A DNA stretch of 64,000 bases from positions 54,531 through 118,530 of the forward strand of contig JAZSJH010000009.1 of assembly GCA_045534265.1 (NCBI GenBank). Reading direction: 5' to 3'. This document shows, piece after piece, positions 50,022 to 60,297 of the stretch. A model generated the notes under the pieces. It had not been told where the DNA came from and did not search any database. It saw only the letters and a list, made by a program, of their open reading frames with translations. Both the position numbers and the translations under genes were made by a program. The DNA is from Clostridia bacterium. GTDB lineage: Bacteria > Bacillota > Clostridia > Christensenellales > UBA1242. The stretch's first letter is position 1; each line of letters begins with the position of its first letter.

Positions 50022-50934
50022 AAGGTTTATAAAAAATTTTTGCACCCAAAAGAAAGAAAGCATGCTAATTGAAAATCAAAATCTTAAAAGCCTTACTACT
50101 TTCAAAATTGATTCTATTGCTAGAGTTTTTGTAAATATAACAAACTTACATGACCTTAAGTTATTGTTAACTCTTGCAAAAAATTATAATCTTAAAACTT
50201 TTTGTTTAGGCGGCGGGAGCAAAGTTTTATTTTGCAAAAAGAAACTAAAATATATTGTATATACTTTATCTGGCGAATTTGAAAAAATTATTTACTGCGA
50301 AGATTGCTTGGTTGTTGGCGGCGGAGCATCTATGTCCAAACTTTGTGGTTTTTGTAATAAAAACAATTTGTCTTGTGTAGAGTGGGGGCTTGGTATTCCG
50401 TGCAAGATTGGTGGCGGAATATATACCAATGCAGGCTGCTTTGGTAAAAGCTTTAGCGATATTGTAAAATATGTTGTATATACAGACGGCAATGAAATTT
50501 TTGTAAGGTCCAAAAGTCAATGTGAGTTTGGCTACCGAACTAGCTTTTTTTATGGCAAAAGTTTTACTATATTATTTGCGGTTTTGGGTTGTGAAAAGAG
50601 CGGTGAAGATATAAAGAAGATAACTATTGACAATTTTAACAAAAAAGTTGCTCTGCAGCCCTATGATTATCCGTCCGTTGGAAGCATTTTCAAAAGTTCT
50701 GTCTTGCCAGCACCTATTTTTATCGAAAATTTTGGACTAAAAGGACTCAAAATAGGTGGGGCAGAAGTGTCAAACAAGCACTGTGGTTTTGTAATTAACA
50801 AAAAAAATGCAAAAGCTACTGATGTTTTGAAAATTATTTGCAAAATTAAAAAGACAGTTTGGAAAAAAGGTGGTATAATACTCTATAATGAAGTAATATT
50901 GTTAGGAGAGAAAAACAATGGCTTTTTTGGGTGA
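50014..50934 (+). CDS. murB: UDP-N-acetylenolpyruvoylglucosamine reductase
   Basis: GGAGG RBS plus the ATG at 50014. Its N-terminal region (...LKSLTTFKIDSIARVF..., LGGGSKVLF) fits MurB. Confidence 0.85.
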   Translation: MYRRFIKNFCTQKKESMLIENQNLKSLTTFKIDSIARVFVNITNLHDLKLLLTLAKNYNLKTFCLGGGSKVLFCKKKLKYIVYTLSGEFEKIIYCEDCLVVGGGASMSKLCGFCNKNNLSCVEWGLGIPCKIGGGIYTNAGCFGKSFSDIVKYVVYTDGNEIFVRSKSQCEFGYRTSFFYGKSFTILFAVLGCEKSGEDIKKITIDNFNKKVALQPYDYPSVGSIFKSSVLPAPIFIENFGLKGLKIGGAEVSNKHCGFVINKKNAKATDVLKIICKIKKTVWKKGGIILYNEVILLGEKNNGFFG

Positions 50935-51703
50935 TTACCATACACATACTATATTCAGCAAGAAAAAGTGGCTTCCGTACAAGCACGGCAAGAATACCTT
51001 TGAAGAAAACGTAGAAAGAGCAGCCGAACTTGGTCTTAAGGAAATAGCAATCACAGACCACGGCTTTAACCACAGGGTTTATGGAACAAATATCAAAAAC
51101 ATATATAAGCTAAACGAAGAAAAGAAAGCTTTGCAAGATAAATATAAAATTAATGTTTTGTCTGGAGTAGAGGCAAACATTATATCAAGCGAAGGCGATA
51201 TTGATATATCTTTAGATGAAATCAAAAATCTAGACATTTTGGTTTGTGGATTCCATACTTTTGTTAAAGGGAAAACTTTCAAAGATGGCTTTACTATGTT
51301 TTGCTGTAACTTTTTTGCAAATATTTTTAAGATAAGAACAAAAAAGAATATAGAAAAAAACACCAAAGCATGTATCAAAATGCTTCAAAAATACCCAGTG
51401 GATATTATCTCTCACCTAAACTATGGTATAGCAAAAGTTGACGCCTTAGCCGTTGCAAAAGAAGCTGTAAAACATAATACATATATAGAACTAAACTGCA
51501 AGCGTATACACCTTACCCAAAGCGAAATAGATGAAATGGTAAAAATGGGTGTGAAGTTTATTGTTGATTCTGACGCACATTCTGTAGACAGAATTGCAGA
51601 TTTTAACCTTGCGAGAAAGGTAATAAAAGAATATAATATACCTAGCGAAAATATTGCTAATTTAGATAAACTACCAAATTTCAAAAATTACAAAAGGAAA
51701 TAA
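50918..51703 (+). CDS. PHP-domain phosphoesterase (histidinol-phosphatase family)
   Basis: MAFLGDYHTHT...ITDHG...DSDAH metal-ligand motifs. AGGAGAG RBS. Overlaps the end of murB by 17 nt. Confidence 0.8.
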   Translation: MAFLGDYHTHTIFSKKKWLPYKHGKNTFEENVERAAELGLKEIAITDHGFNHRVYGTNIKNIYKLNEEKKALQDKYKINVLSGVEANIISSEGDIDISLDEIKNLDILVCGFHTFVKGKTFKDGFTMFCCNFFANIFKIRTKKNIEKNTKACIKMLQKYPVDIISHLNYGIAKVDALAVAKEAVKHNTYIELNCKRIHLTQSEIDEMVKMGVKFIVDSDAHSVDRIADFNLARKVIKEYNIPSENIANLDKLPNFKNYKRK

Positions 51704-51706
51704 TAT

Positions 51707-52690
51707 ATGTCATTTGCCTATGATGCAAAACAAGAAGTTTTGAATACTCTATGCGACAACGAATGTTGTAAACTAGCTGAACTTTCAGCGATTATTCATT
51801 CTTGCGGCGAGCTTGCTCTAAAAAACGGAGAGATTCAACTTCAAATAAAAACCGACTTAAAAGAACTATATAATATCGTATACGATACTATCAATAGACT
51901 TTATGGTGAAAAAGTAACTATAAAAGAAGATGAAAACAAAACAATCAACAAAGCAACAAGATATATAATAGATATATCCGAAAACATCTCAAGACAAGTT
52001 TTGTTTGATTGTGGTATAGCAAGAAGGGATACCGAAGGCAATTTTGAATTAATCCAAGGTATTGACGAACATATTATCGAAAGCCCTTGCTGTGCAGTAT
52101 CATATATCAAAGGTGTGTTTTTGACCAGCTGTACAACAAACATTATCATAGACGAGAGTTTAGATAAAGTAAATCGTACATTCAGTGGTTACCACCTAGA
52201 ATTTGTTTTTAGTAGCGAAGTTTTTGCAGATGAGTTCTCAAGCCTTTTATTCTCTCAAGGAATAAATAGTAAAAAAACTCAAAGAAAGAAAATTTTTGCC
52301 CTATATATAAAGGAAGCCGAACAAGTTAGCGATCTTTTGGTTATTGTTGGGGCAGTAAAAAGTATGCTAAAATTGCAAAACGAAATTTCGTTAAGACAAG
52401 TTAGAAATAATGTTAATAGACAAAATAACTGCATTAACGCAAACATTACAAAAACAGTTAACGCAAGTATGAACCAAATACAAGCGATAAACACAATAAA
52501 AGAAAGCGTAGGGCTAGAAACTCTAGACCCACAACTAAAAGAAATTTGTACGCTAAGACTAGAGCACCCAGAAGATAGCTTAGATAGTCTTACAAAATTA
52601 GTTTCTTTTCCTATCACAAAAAGTGGTATAAATCACAAATTTAGAAAAATAATAAAAATTGCAAACAATATAGATAAACAAAAGGAATAA
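51707..52690 (+). CDS. whiA: DNA-binding protein WhiA
   Basis: 327 aa. MSFAYDAKQEV...CCKLAELSAIIHSCG N-terminus and a C-terminal HTH region. Confidence 0.9.
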   Translation: MSFAYDAKQEVLNTLCDNECCKLAELSAIIHSCGELALKNGEIQLQIKTDLKELYNIVYDTINRLYGEKVTIKEDENKTINKATRYIIDISENISRQVLFDCGIARRDTEGNFELIQGIDEHIIESPCCAVSYIKGVFLTSCTTNIIIDESLDKVNRTFSGYHLEFVFSSEVFADEFSSLLFSQGINSKKTQRKKIFALYIKEAEQVSDLLVIVGAVKSMLKLQNEISLRQVRNNVNRQNNCINANITKTVNASMNQIQAINTIKESVGLETLDPQLKEICTLRLEHPEDSLDSLTKLVSFPITKSGINHKFRKIIKIANNIDKQKE

Positions 52691-52694
52691 GCAA

Positions 52695-55600
52695 ATGAAG
52701 AACTTTGTTCACTTACATGTTCATACCGAATATAGTCTTCTTGATGGTTGCGCAAGAATATCAAAACTTGTTCAAACCATAAAAGAAAGAGGCGAAAAAG
52801 CCGTTGCTATCACAGACCACGGTAATATGGCAGGTGCGTTGACTTTCTATGCAGAATGTTACAAAAACGGCATCAAACCTATTATTGGTTGTGAGTTTTA
52901 TATTTGTTTTGACCGTAAGCACAAAGCCGGAAAATCAGAAGCTGCTCATATAGTACTGCTTGCAAAAAACAACGAAGGCTATGCAAACCTACTTAAATTA
53001 AATGGTATTGCCTGTACAGAAGGTTATTACTACAAGCCAAGAATAGACTACGAAGTTTTGCAGCAACACTCAAAAGGTCTTATTTGTTTGTCTGCCTGCC
53101 TTGCTGGGCATATTCCACAATTTTTACTTCAACATAGATATGATGAAGCCAAAGACCTTGCAATCAAACTTAGAGATATGTTTGAACCAGGGGACTTTTA
53201 TATAGAACTTCAAAACCATAATTTACCAGAACAAATTGAGATTTTGGAGCCGCTAAACAACCTTGCTAAAGAAATCGGTGTAAAGACCGTTGCTACAAAT
53301 GACGCCCATTATATTAACAAAGAAGACGCAGAGATGCAAGACGTTTTGATGTGTGTTCAAATGGGCAGATATTTGGACGAAACAAATAGACTGAAATTTA
53401 GTACAGAAGAGTTTTATGTAAAAACCAGAGAAGAAATGGAAGAGGCTCTTGGCGCTTATCCCGAAGCTTTGGATACAACTAACGAAATAGCAGATAAGTG
53501 TTTTGTAACAATTAAAGCAAAAAACCACGGCGAAATTCCTGGTATGCCAGAAGGAACATCACTTAGAGCTAACGAAAACTTTATTCCAAAGTACGAACCA
53601 AAAGATGGCTCTACAACTTATGAGTTTTTGGAAAGACTTTGTGAAGAAGGTCTTAAGAAAAAATACAAAGAAATAACTCCAGAAATTAGAGCAAGAGCTG
53701 ACGAAGAACTTTCTATCATCAAAGAACAAGGCTTTGTAGAATACTTCCTTGTTGTTTGGGATTATATAAACTACGCCAAAGAAAACGGCATTCCAGTAGG
53801 TCCAGGGCGTGGTTCTGGCGCGGGCTCAATCGTTGCTTATACATCAGGTATTACTAATGTAGACCCAATCAAATACGATTTGCTTTTCGAAAGATTTATT
53901 CATAGAGAAAGAGTTTCAATGCCCGACTTTGACGTAGACTTTTGTTATGACAGACGTAACGAAGTTATCGAATACGCAAAGCGCAAGTACCACCCAGAAA
54001 ACGTATCATATATAGGTACATTTGGTACTATGGCAGCAAAAAACGCCATTAGAGACGTAGGAAGAGTAATGCGTCTTCCACTTCCTGATGTAAATAAGGT
54101 ATGTAAAGAAATTCCGGCTAAACTTCCTGACGGAATTAAAAAACCGCCAGTACTAAAATATTATTTTGGTACAACCGGAAAAGAAGAAAACGAAAAGTTT
54201 ATAATTCCATCTCTTCGCAAGATGTATGATGAAGACCCGTTTATCAAAAGGGTTGTTGATATGTCAATAAAGCTTGAAGGTATGCCAAGACAGACTTCAA
54301 CTCACGCCTGCGGTATACTTATAGCTCCAGAGCCAGTAGACAACTTTGTGCCACTTGCAAGAAATGGTGATGAAATAGCCACTCAATATAGTATGATAGA
54401 GCTAGAAGCATTAGGGCTTCTAAAAATGGACTTTTTGGGGCTTCGTACCCTTACTGATATTGATAAAGCTATCAAAATGGTTAAGAAAAACAGGGGCGTT
54501 GATATCGACTTTGATACACTAGGATATGAAGATATCAATGTATACAACTTAATCGGTACAGGTAATACTGTTACTATATTCCAGCTTGAAAGTCCAGGCT
54601 TCCAACGCTTTATGAAAAACCTAAAACCAAGCTGCCTTGAAGATATTATTGCGGGTATATCTCTATACAGACCAGGACCTATGCAATATATTGACGACTA
54701 TGTAAGAAACAAACATAACCCAGACAAAATTGTCTATGACCACGAATGCCTAAAGCCTATTTTGGAAGCAACCTATGGTATAATGGTTTACCAAGAACAG
54801 GTTATGAAAATAGTTCAGGTTATGGCGGGCTATACCCTAGGCCAAGCGGACAACGTGCGTAGAATAATGGGTAAAAAGAAAGTTGAAAAGATGGCGGCGG
54901 AAAAAGAAAAGTTCATCAACGGCTGGAAAGACCCAGAAGGCAAAAAGAGTATCCCTGGAGCTTTGGCTTTGGGAATTCCAGAAGATGTTGCTCGTAAAGT
55001 CTTTGCCGATATGGAAAACTTTGCTAAATATGCCTTTAACAAATCCCACGCTGCAGCATATGCCTATCTTGCATATCAAACAGCTTGGCTAAAGTGTTAT
55101 TATCCGCTAGAGTTTTTGGCTTCGGTTTTGAACAACCGTATTACATCTTCTGATGAAATCAAAAAGTATGTAATTTATGCAAAGAGCCAAAAGATAGAAG
55201 TTCTAAAACCAGATATTAACAAGAGTGAAACTTATTTCTCTGTTGAAAACGACAAGCTAAGATTTGGTCTTGCTGCACTTAAAAATGTAGGTATTAACGT
55301 TTGTGATAGTATTGTGGAAGAAAGAGAAAAGAACGGCGAATACAAAAGCCTTGAAGATTTGATTTCTCGTACAGACCCTGCCCTTGTTAATAAGCGTTGG
55401 GTGGAAGCAATGATTTTGAGTGGAGCTTTTGACTGTTTTGGTCTTACTCGTTCTCAAATGCGTAATGTTTTTGAACTGATCTTAGAGCGTAATGCAAAAG
55501 ATAAAAGAAACCAAGCAGGTGGACAAATCACAATGTTTGGACCAGAAATTGGTGTTGATGCGGGCTTTGATAAAGTAGAGTATCCAAACATTAAAGAATA

Positions 55601-56351
55601 TGATAATCAAACAAAATTAAAATACGAAAAAGAAGTTTTGGGAATATATATATCTGGTCACCCACTAGATAACTATATAGACAAACTAGAAAAATTTACA
55701 TTCAACTCAACAATGATGCCTAAAAAGTCATCAAACGAAGAAGACGAAGAAGGCGAGTTTGTAGAAGAATATGTAGAAGAAGAACATAGTGTAGATGGTG
55801 AAGAAGGTCCAAAAGTAACTGACGGAATGAATGTTATTTGCGGCGGTATTATTACCGAATCTAAAAGACTTCTTACCAAAAAGGGCAATAAAGAAATGGC
55901 TTTCTTAAAAGTCGAAGATTTATACGGCACTTTTGACGCTATGATATTCCCTAATTTGTACGAAAGATACAAAGACCAACTAAAAGAAGATGCTTTGGTT
56001 ACAATCTATGGTAAGCTTTCAATCCCAGAAGACAGAGAGCCAACAATACTTCCAGAAAAACTTGTGTTCTGGACAAACGAAACAGACAAAGAGCCAGAAG
56101 TAATTGAAGTGTTGCCAGAAGAGAAACCAAAGAAAATCAAAAAACTATATCTTAAGTTTGATACCACAAACAAAGACCTAGAAAAGAAAGTAAAAAATAT
56201 CTTATCTTCTTATCCAGGCACTGAGCAAGCCGTTGTAAAATGCGAAAAAACAGGTCAAGCTTTGGCTTATGGCTTCAAAGTTAGTGTAAATAACTATCTT
56301 TTGAACGAACTTAGTGGTATAATAAAAGACGAATATATCAAATATATGTAG
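52695..56351 (+). CDS. dnaE: DNA polymerase III alpha subunit (DnaE type)
   Basis: 1218 aa. PHP N-terminus FVHLHVHTEYSLLDG, MPDFDVDF, and catalytic-core motifs. Confidence 0.95.
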   Translation: MKNFVHLHVHTEYSLLDGCARISKLVQTIKERGEKAVAITDHGNMAGALTFYAECYKNGIKPIIGCEFYICFDRKHKAGKSEAAHIVLLAKNNEGYANLLKLNGIACTEGYYYKPRIDYEVLQQHSKGLICLSACLAGHIPQFLLQHRYDEAKDLAIKLRDMFEPGDFYIELQNHNLPEQIEILEPLNNLAKEIGVKTVATNDAHYINKEDAEMQDVLMCVQMGRYLDETNRLKFSTEEFYVKTREEMEEALGAYPEALDTTNEIADKCFVTIKAKNHGEIPGMPEGTSLRANENFIPKYEPKDGSTTYEFLERLCEEGLKKKYKEITPEIRARADEELSIIKEQGFVEYFLVVWDYINYAKENGIPVGPGRGSGAGSIVAYTSGITNVDPIKYDLLFERFIHRERVSMPDFDVDFCYDRRNEVIEYAKRKYHPENVSYIGTFGTMAAKNAIRDVGRVMRLPLPDVNKVCKEIPAKLPDGIKKPPVLKYYFGTTGKEENEKFIIPSLRKMYDEDPFIKRVVDMSIKLEGMPRQTSTHACGILIAPEPVDNFVPLARNGDEIATQYSMIELEALGLLKMDFLGLRTLTDIDKAIKMVKKNRGVDIDFDTLGYEDINVYNLIGTGNTVTIFQLESPGFQRFMKNLKPSCLEDIIAGISLYRPGPMQYIDDYVRNKHNPDKIVYDHECLKPILEATYGIMVYQEQVMKIVQVMAGYTLGQADNVRRIMGKKKVEKMAAEKEKFINGWKDPEGKKSIPGALALGIPEDVARKVFADMENFAKYAFNKSHAAAYAYLAYQTAWLKCYYPLEFLASVLNNRITSSDEIKKYVIYAKSQKIEVLKPDINKSETYFSVENDKLRFGLAALKNVGINVCDSIVEEREKNGEYKSLEDLISRTDPALVNKRWVEAMILSGAFDCFGLTRSQMRNVFELILERNAKDKRNQAGGQITMFGPEIGVDAGFDKVEYPNIKEYDNQTKLKYEKEVLGIYISGHPLDNYIDKLEKFTFNSTMMPKKSSNEEDEEGEFVEEYVEEEHSVDGEEGPKVTDGMNVICGGIITESKRLLTKKGNKEMAFLKVEDLYGTFDAMIFPNLYERYKDQLKEDALVTIYGKLSIPEDREPTILPEKLVFWTNETDKEPEVIEVLPEEKPKKIKKLYLKFDTTNKDLEKKVKNILSSYPGTEQAVVKCEKTGQALAYGFKVSVNNYLLNELSGIIKDEYIKYM

Positions 56352-56360
56352 GAGTAAAGT

Positions 56361-57353
56361 ATGATTAAAAAAATAGCAGTACTTACAAGCGGTGGCGATA
56401 GCCAAGGTATGAATGCTTGTCTTAACATTATTGTTAAGATGGCAGAGTTTAATTACATTACAGTTATGGGTGTAAAAAATGGTTATAAAGGCCTTGTAGA
56501 AAATGACTTTGTTGAGCTAAAGTATGCGGACGTTAGAAATATCTCACACCTTGGCGGAACATATCTTAAGTCAGCTAGATGCCAAGAGTTTATGACACTA
56601 GAAGGTCAAAAGAAAGCTGCCAAAAACCTAAAAAACAGAGAAATAGATGCCCTTATTGTTATCGGTGGTGACGGCTCATTTAGAGGTGTTATGGCTCTTA
56701 ACGAACTTGGTATCAAAACAATGGCAATCCCTGCAACTATCGACAACGACCTTCATTATACCGAAAATACACTTGGTTTTGATAGCGCTGTTAATGTTGC
56801 TGCAAATGCAATCGAAAGCGTAAAACAAACAATGTCAGCTTTGGATAGATGTTCTGTTATTGAAGTTATGGGTAGACACTGCGGTTCTATTGCACTTTAT
56901 AGTGCGGCTGCTTGCTGTGCCGAAGTTGTAGTACTTCCAGAAAAACCATTTACTCGCAGAAAAATAATTAGAGCAATCAAAAGAGCTAAAGATAGAGGTA
57001 TAGACAGTCCAACAGTTGTTGTTGCCGAAAACCTATATGATATCAAAGAGCTTGCTAGTGAGATTCAATCACAAGTGGGTATCGAAACAAAAACTTGCGT
57101 GCTAGGTTATATCCAAAGGGGTGGAGCTCCATCTGTTGAAGATAGACTACTTGCTATGCAATATGGTGTAAAAGCTATTGAACTTTTAGTTTCTGGAAAA
57201 CACAATCGTGCTATTGGTATCAAAAATGGTAAAATCATTGATGTTTCTATGGAAGCAGCTATCGATACAAACAGTAACTTCAACGAAGTATTGTTTGACT
57301 TATTCTCAAAGCTAAACTCTTACAATGACGAAGATGATGATTTTGTAGACTAA
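56361..57353 (+). CDS. pfkA: ATP-dependent 6-phosphofructokinase
   Basis: IAVLTSGGDSQGMNA, IGGDGS, TIDNDL, MGRHCG. Confidence 0.95.
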   Translation: MIKKIAVLTSGGDSQGMNACLNIIVKMAEFNYITVMGVKNGYKGLVENDFVELKYADVRNISHLGGTYLKSARCQEFMTLEGQKKAAKNLKNREIDALIVIGGDGSFRGVMALNELGIKTMAIPATIDNDLHYTENTLGFDSAVNVAANAIESVKQTMSALDRCSVIEVMGRHCGSIALYSAAACCAEVVVLPEKPFTRRKIIRAIKRAKDRGIDSPTVVVAENLYDIKELASEIQSQVGIETKTCVLGYIQRGGAPSVEDRLLAMQYGVKAIELLVSGKHNRAIGIKNGKIIDVSMEAAIDTNSNFNEVLFDLFSKLNSYNDEDDDFVD

Positions 57354-57375
57354 TGCAAAATATAAAATAAATAAT

Positions 57376-57410
57376 AAAAACCTACTAAGAATAAATCCTA
57401 GTAGGTTTTT
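57376..57410. terminator. Bidirectional terminator between pfkA and the convergent small gene
   Basis: cctacta ... tagtagg stem flanked by an A-run and a T-run. Confidence 0.65.
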
Positions 57411-57423
57411 GTTTTTATAATTG

Positions 57424-57687
57424 TTAGCAATTGCTTGCTTCTTCTAATACAAACCTTTCAAAGTCAATACTTTCGACAAAGTCGCTTTCAGAAAAAGTAG
57501 CTATGTTAAAGTTCATATAGTGGTTAATATGTTTAGACAGATATACCGGCACTGGAATATCCAATATAGCGCATATATCTTCTAAATATTGCTGAAAATG
57601 TTTTGGGTCAAAGTTTTCTTTATTTTCGTAAATAATGCTTTTTTGAACCTTTTCTTCTATTGTTGTTTTTGCCCAAATGCGTACCAT
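57424..57687 (-). CDS. Hypothetical small protein (87 aa)
   Basis: AGGAG RBS 7 nt upstream of the ATG on the minus strand. No motif recognised. Confidence 0.6.
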   Translation of the reverse strand: MVRIWAKTTIEEKVQKSIIYENKENFDPKHFQQYLEDICAILDIPVPVYLSKHINHYMNFNIATFSESDFVESIDFERFVLEEASNC

Positions 57688-57797
57688 AAAAAATCTCCTA
57701 TAGCCTAGTATAACATAAAAAACATTATAATATTAATGATTTTTGCATATTTTTTGATATAAAAGCATATATTATTTAGTCAAAAGCAAAAAAACAG

Positions 57798-57826
57798 TTG
57801 ACAGTTTGAAAAAAAATATATATAAT
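57798..57826 (+). promoter_or_regulatory. greA promoter
   Basis: TTGACA (57798-803), a 17-nt spacer, then TATAAT (57821-26). Confidence 0.65.
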
Positions 57827-57851
57827 GCCGTATGGTTAATGAAAAACTAGT

Positions 57852-57876
57852 ATTGCATTTGCGATGCGATTTTTTT
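57852..57876 (+). terminator. Terminator-like hairpin inside the greA leader (possible attenuator)
   Basis: auugcau / uugcg / augcgau 7-bp stem (one G-U) followed by U7. It lies about 20-45 nt after the predicted TSS and 32 nt before the greA ATG. Confidence 0.5.
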
Positions 57877-57908
57877 ATTGATTATTATGGCTTAGGAGGG
57901 CATAAATA

Positions 57909-58382
57909 ATGGAAGAAATATATTTGACACCAGAAGGAAAAAAGGAATTAGAAGCTAGACTTAACTATCTAAAATCAGAAAAGAGAGCAGAAGTTTCTAA
58001 AAAAATCGGTATTGCAAGAGAATTTGGTGACCTTAGTGAAAATGCAGAATATGATGCTGCAAAAGAAGAACAAGCTCACGTAGAAGCCGAAATCGTTGAA
58101 ATCGAACACAAACTAAGATATGGTAAAATCATTGACAAAAATGCTATCAAAACTGACAAAGTAAGAGCCGGTTGTAAAGTAAAAGTTGTTGACCTAGATT
58201 GGGATGACGAATTTGAATATATCATTACAGGTTCTACTGAAAGTGACCCAGCCGCTGGCAAAATTTCTAACGAAAGCCCAGTAGGAAAGGCACTTCTTGG
58301 CAAAAAAGTGAACGAAGAAGTTGTTGTTACACTTCCTAATAGTTCTGTTGTTAGACTAAAAGTTTTGAAAATTTCTATTTAA
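57909..58382 (+). CDS. greA: Transcription elongation factor GreA
   Basis: 157 aa. LTPEGKKELEARLNYL...EFGDLSENAEYDAAKEEQ. Confidence 0.95.
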   Translation: MEEIYLTPEGKKELEARLNYLKSEKRAEVSKKIGIAREFGDLSENAEYDAAKEEQAHVEAEIVEIEHKLRYGKIIDKNAIKTDKVRAGCKVKVVDLDWDDEFEYIITGSTESDPAAGKISNESPVGKALLGKKVNEEVVVTLPNSSVVRLKVLKISI

Positions 58383-58390
58383 TAATAAAA

Positions 58391-58419
58391 ATGTGTCATT
58401 ATGTGGCACATTTTTTTTA
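58391..58419 (+). terminator. Intrinsic terminator after greA
   Basis: atgtgtca / ttatg / tggcacat stem (one G-U) followed by T8. Confidence 0.7.
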
Positions 58420-58477
58420 TTTTCAATTTGTTATATTTTCTTTTATATGATAAAATTATCTTTGTAAAGGGAATTTT

Positions 58478-59449
58478 ATGGAATCTTACACAGAGTTTAT
58501 TCAAGGGCTAAAAGAATTTAAGGACCTTGTTAAAGAAAAAGAGAGTAATAGCCTTACTCATTCATATATGCTAATATGCAAAGATAATGTCTTACTAGAA
58601 TCTTTTGCTAAAAATTTGTCTGCGCTTATCTTGTGCGAAAACAATATTTGTAACACTTGCAGCAATTGTACAAAAACGTTTGCCGATTCTCATCCTGACG
58701 TTTTTATATATCCAAAAGATAAGACAATCAAAAAAGATGATATAGTAGATATTGTAGACCATTTGCAATATAAACCTTTTGAGGCAAATAGCAAGGTTTT
58801 TGTTTTGAATAAATTTTCTACTGCAAATGACACATCTCAAAACAAACTTCTAAAAAGTCTAGAAAACCCACCAAAGAATACTTACTTTATTCTTTGCGTA
58901 AATAATGAAGTCCCTGTTCTTCCAACCATCTTTTCTAGATGCAAAAAGATTTATTTGCAAACATTGACAGAAAATAACGTAGAAGAATTTTTGGTTAAAT
59001 ACACAAGCGGAACAAATGCAAAGAAAATAGCTTGCATAAGCGGTGGAAATTTAGAAAAAGCCCTTAACTTTGTCCAAAACAATAGTTATATGCAAAACTA
59101 TGAATTGACATTAGAAGTTTTAGAAAAACTAAACAAAAGTTCTACAATGCTACCACTTTGCGGAAAGTTGTATGCAAAATCACAGTTTTTTGGTGATATA
59201 TTAGAGATTTTAGAAAATCTATTAGAAGATGTTTTGTATATAAGACTAGGTAGAGCAGACCTTGTTACTAACAAAAATGCCCTAGATAGACTAAACAAAA
59301 TAGCTGAAAATTATTCTGCAGACTGTGTAGATTTGATTGTAAAAAAGATTTACGAAATAAGAAAGCAAATTGATTTTAATTGCGCTCCAAATGGGCTTAT
59401 TGATAATTTGCTTTTGTATATGCTGGAGGTTAAATATTTATGCAAATAA
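58478..59449 (+). CDS. holB: DNA polymerase III delta' subunit
   Basis: 323 aa. A Cys cluster CNTCSNCTK followed by HPDV. Located upstream of yaaT, as in Bacillus. Confidence 0.8.
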   Translation: MESYTEFIQGLKEFKDLVKEKESNSLTHSYMLICKDNVLLESFAKNLSALILCENNICNTCSNCTKTFADSHPDVFIYPKDKTIKKDDIVDIVDHLQYKPFEANSKVFVLNKFSTANDTSQNKLLKSLENPPKNTYFILCVNNEVPVLPTIFSRCKKIYLQTLTENNVEEFLVKYTSGTNAKKIACISGGNLEKALNFVQNNSYMQNYELTLEVLEKLNKSSTMLPLCGKLYAKSQFFGDILEILENLLEDVLYIRLGRADLVTNKNALDRLNKIAENYSADCVDLIVKKIYEIRKQIDFNCAPNGLIDNLLLYMLEVKYLCK

Positions 59450-60297
59450 CAGTTGTTGGTGTCAAATTCAAAGAAAACGGCAAACTATATTATTTTGACC
59501 CACAAAATTTTGAATTAAAAATAGGTGATGGCGCTATTGTCGAAACAGCTAGGGGCGAAGAATATGCTTTTGTCTCTGCAAAAATCAAACAAGTAGACGA
59601 ATCTTCAATAGTAATGCCACTAAAAAAAGTTGTTAGAAAAGCAACCGATAAAGACAAGAAAAAATTCGAACAAAACTTAGAAAAAGCAAAAACCGCTCTT
59701 AAAACTACTCAAGAGCTTGTAGATAAACTAAAACTTGATATGCAACTTGTCGAAACAGAATATATTTTTGACGGTAGCAAAGTTATTATTAGTTTTACAT
59801 CAGACAATCGTGTTGACTTTAGAGAGCTTGTCAAAGAACTTGCTTCAAAACTAAAAGCCCGTATCGAACTTAGACAAATCGGTATAAGAGATAAGTCAAA
59901 GACCGTTGGAGGCATTGGTATTTGTGGTAGAGAATGTTGCTGTAACCTATATCTAAACGACTTTGAAAAAGTATCTATTAAGATGGCAAAAACTCAAAAT
60001 TTGTCACTAAATCCAACAAAAATAAGCGGACTATGTGGTAGACTTATGTGCTGTCTTGAATATGAAAACCCATATTACCAAGAAGTAACTGCAAAAATGC
60101 CAAAACTAAATAGTGAAGTAAACACACCAGACGGTAAAGGTACAGTTTTGTACACAAATGTCCTAAAACAAATAGTATCTGTAAAACTTGATAGAGGAGA
60201 GGGTTCTTTTGCAGCAAAGGATTTCAAACTAGATGAAATCAAAATATTGCCAAAAGAAAACAAACAACCTCAAAAAGATAATAAGGACAAAAAATAA
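59440..60297 (+). CDS. ricT: PSP1-domain protein (stage 0 sporulation protein YaaT / RicT)
   Basis: VGVKFKENGKLYYFD N-terminus and a Cys cluster CGRECCC...GLCGRLMCCLEYE. Follows holB. Confidence 0.85.
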   Translation: MQITVVGVKFKENGKLYYFDPQNFELKIGDGAIVETARGEEYAFVSAKIKQVDESSIVMPLKKVVRKATDKDKKKFEQNLEKAKTALKTTQELVDKLKLDMQLVETEYIFDGSKVIISFTSDNRVDFRELVKELASKLKARIELRQIGIRDKSKTVGGIGICGRECCCNLYLNDFEKVSIKMAKTQNLSLNPTKISGLCGRLMCCLEYENPYYQEVTAKMPKLNSEVNTPDGKGTVLYTNVLKQIVSVKLDRGEGSFAAKDFKLDEIKILPKENKQPQKDNKDKK

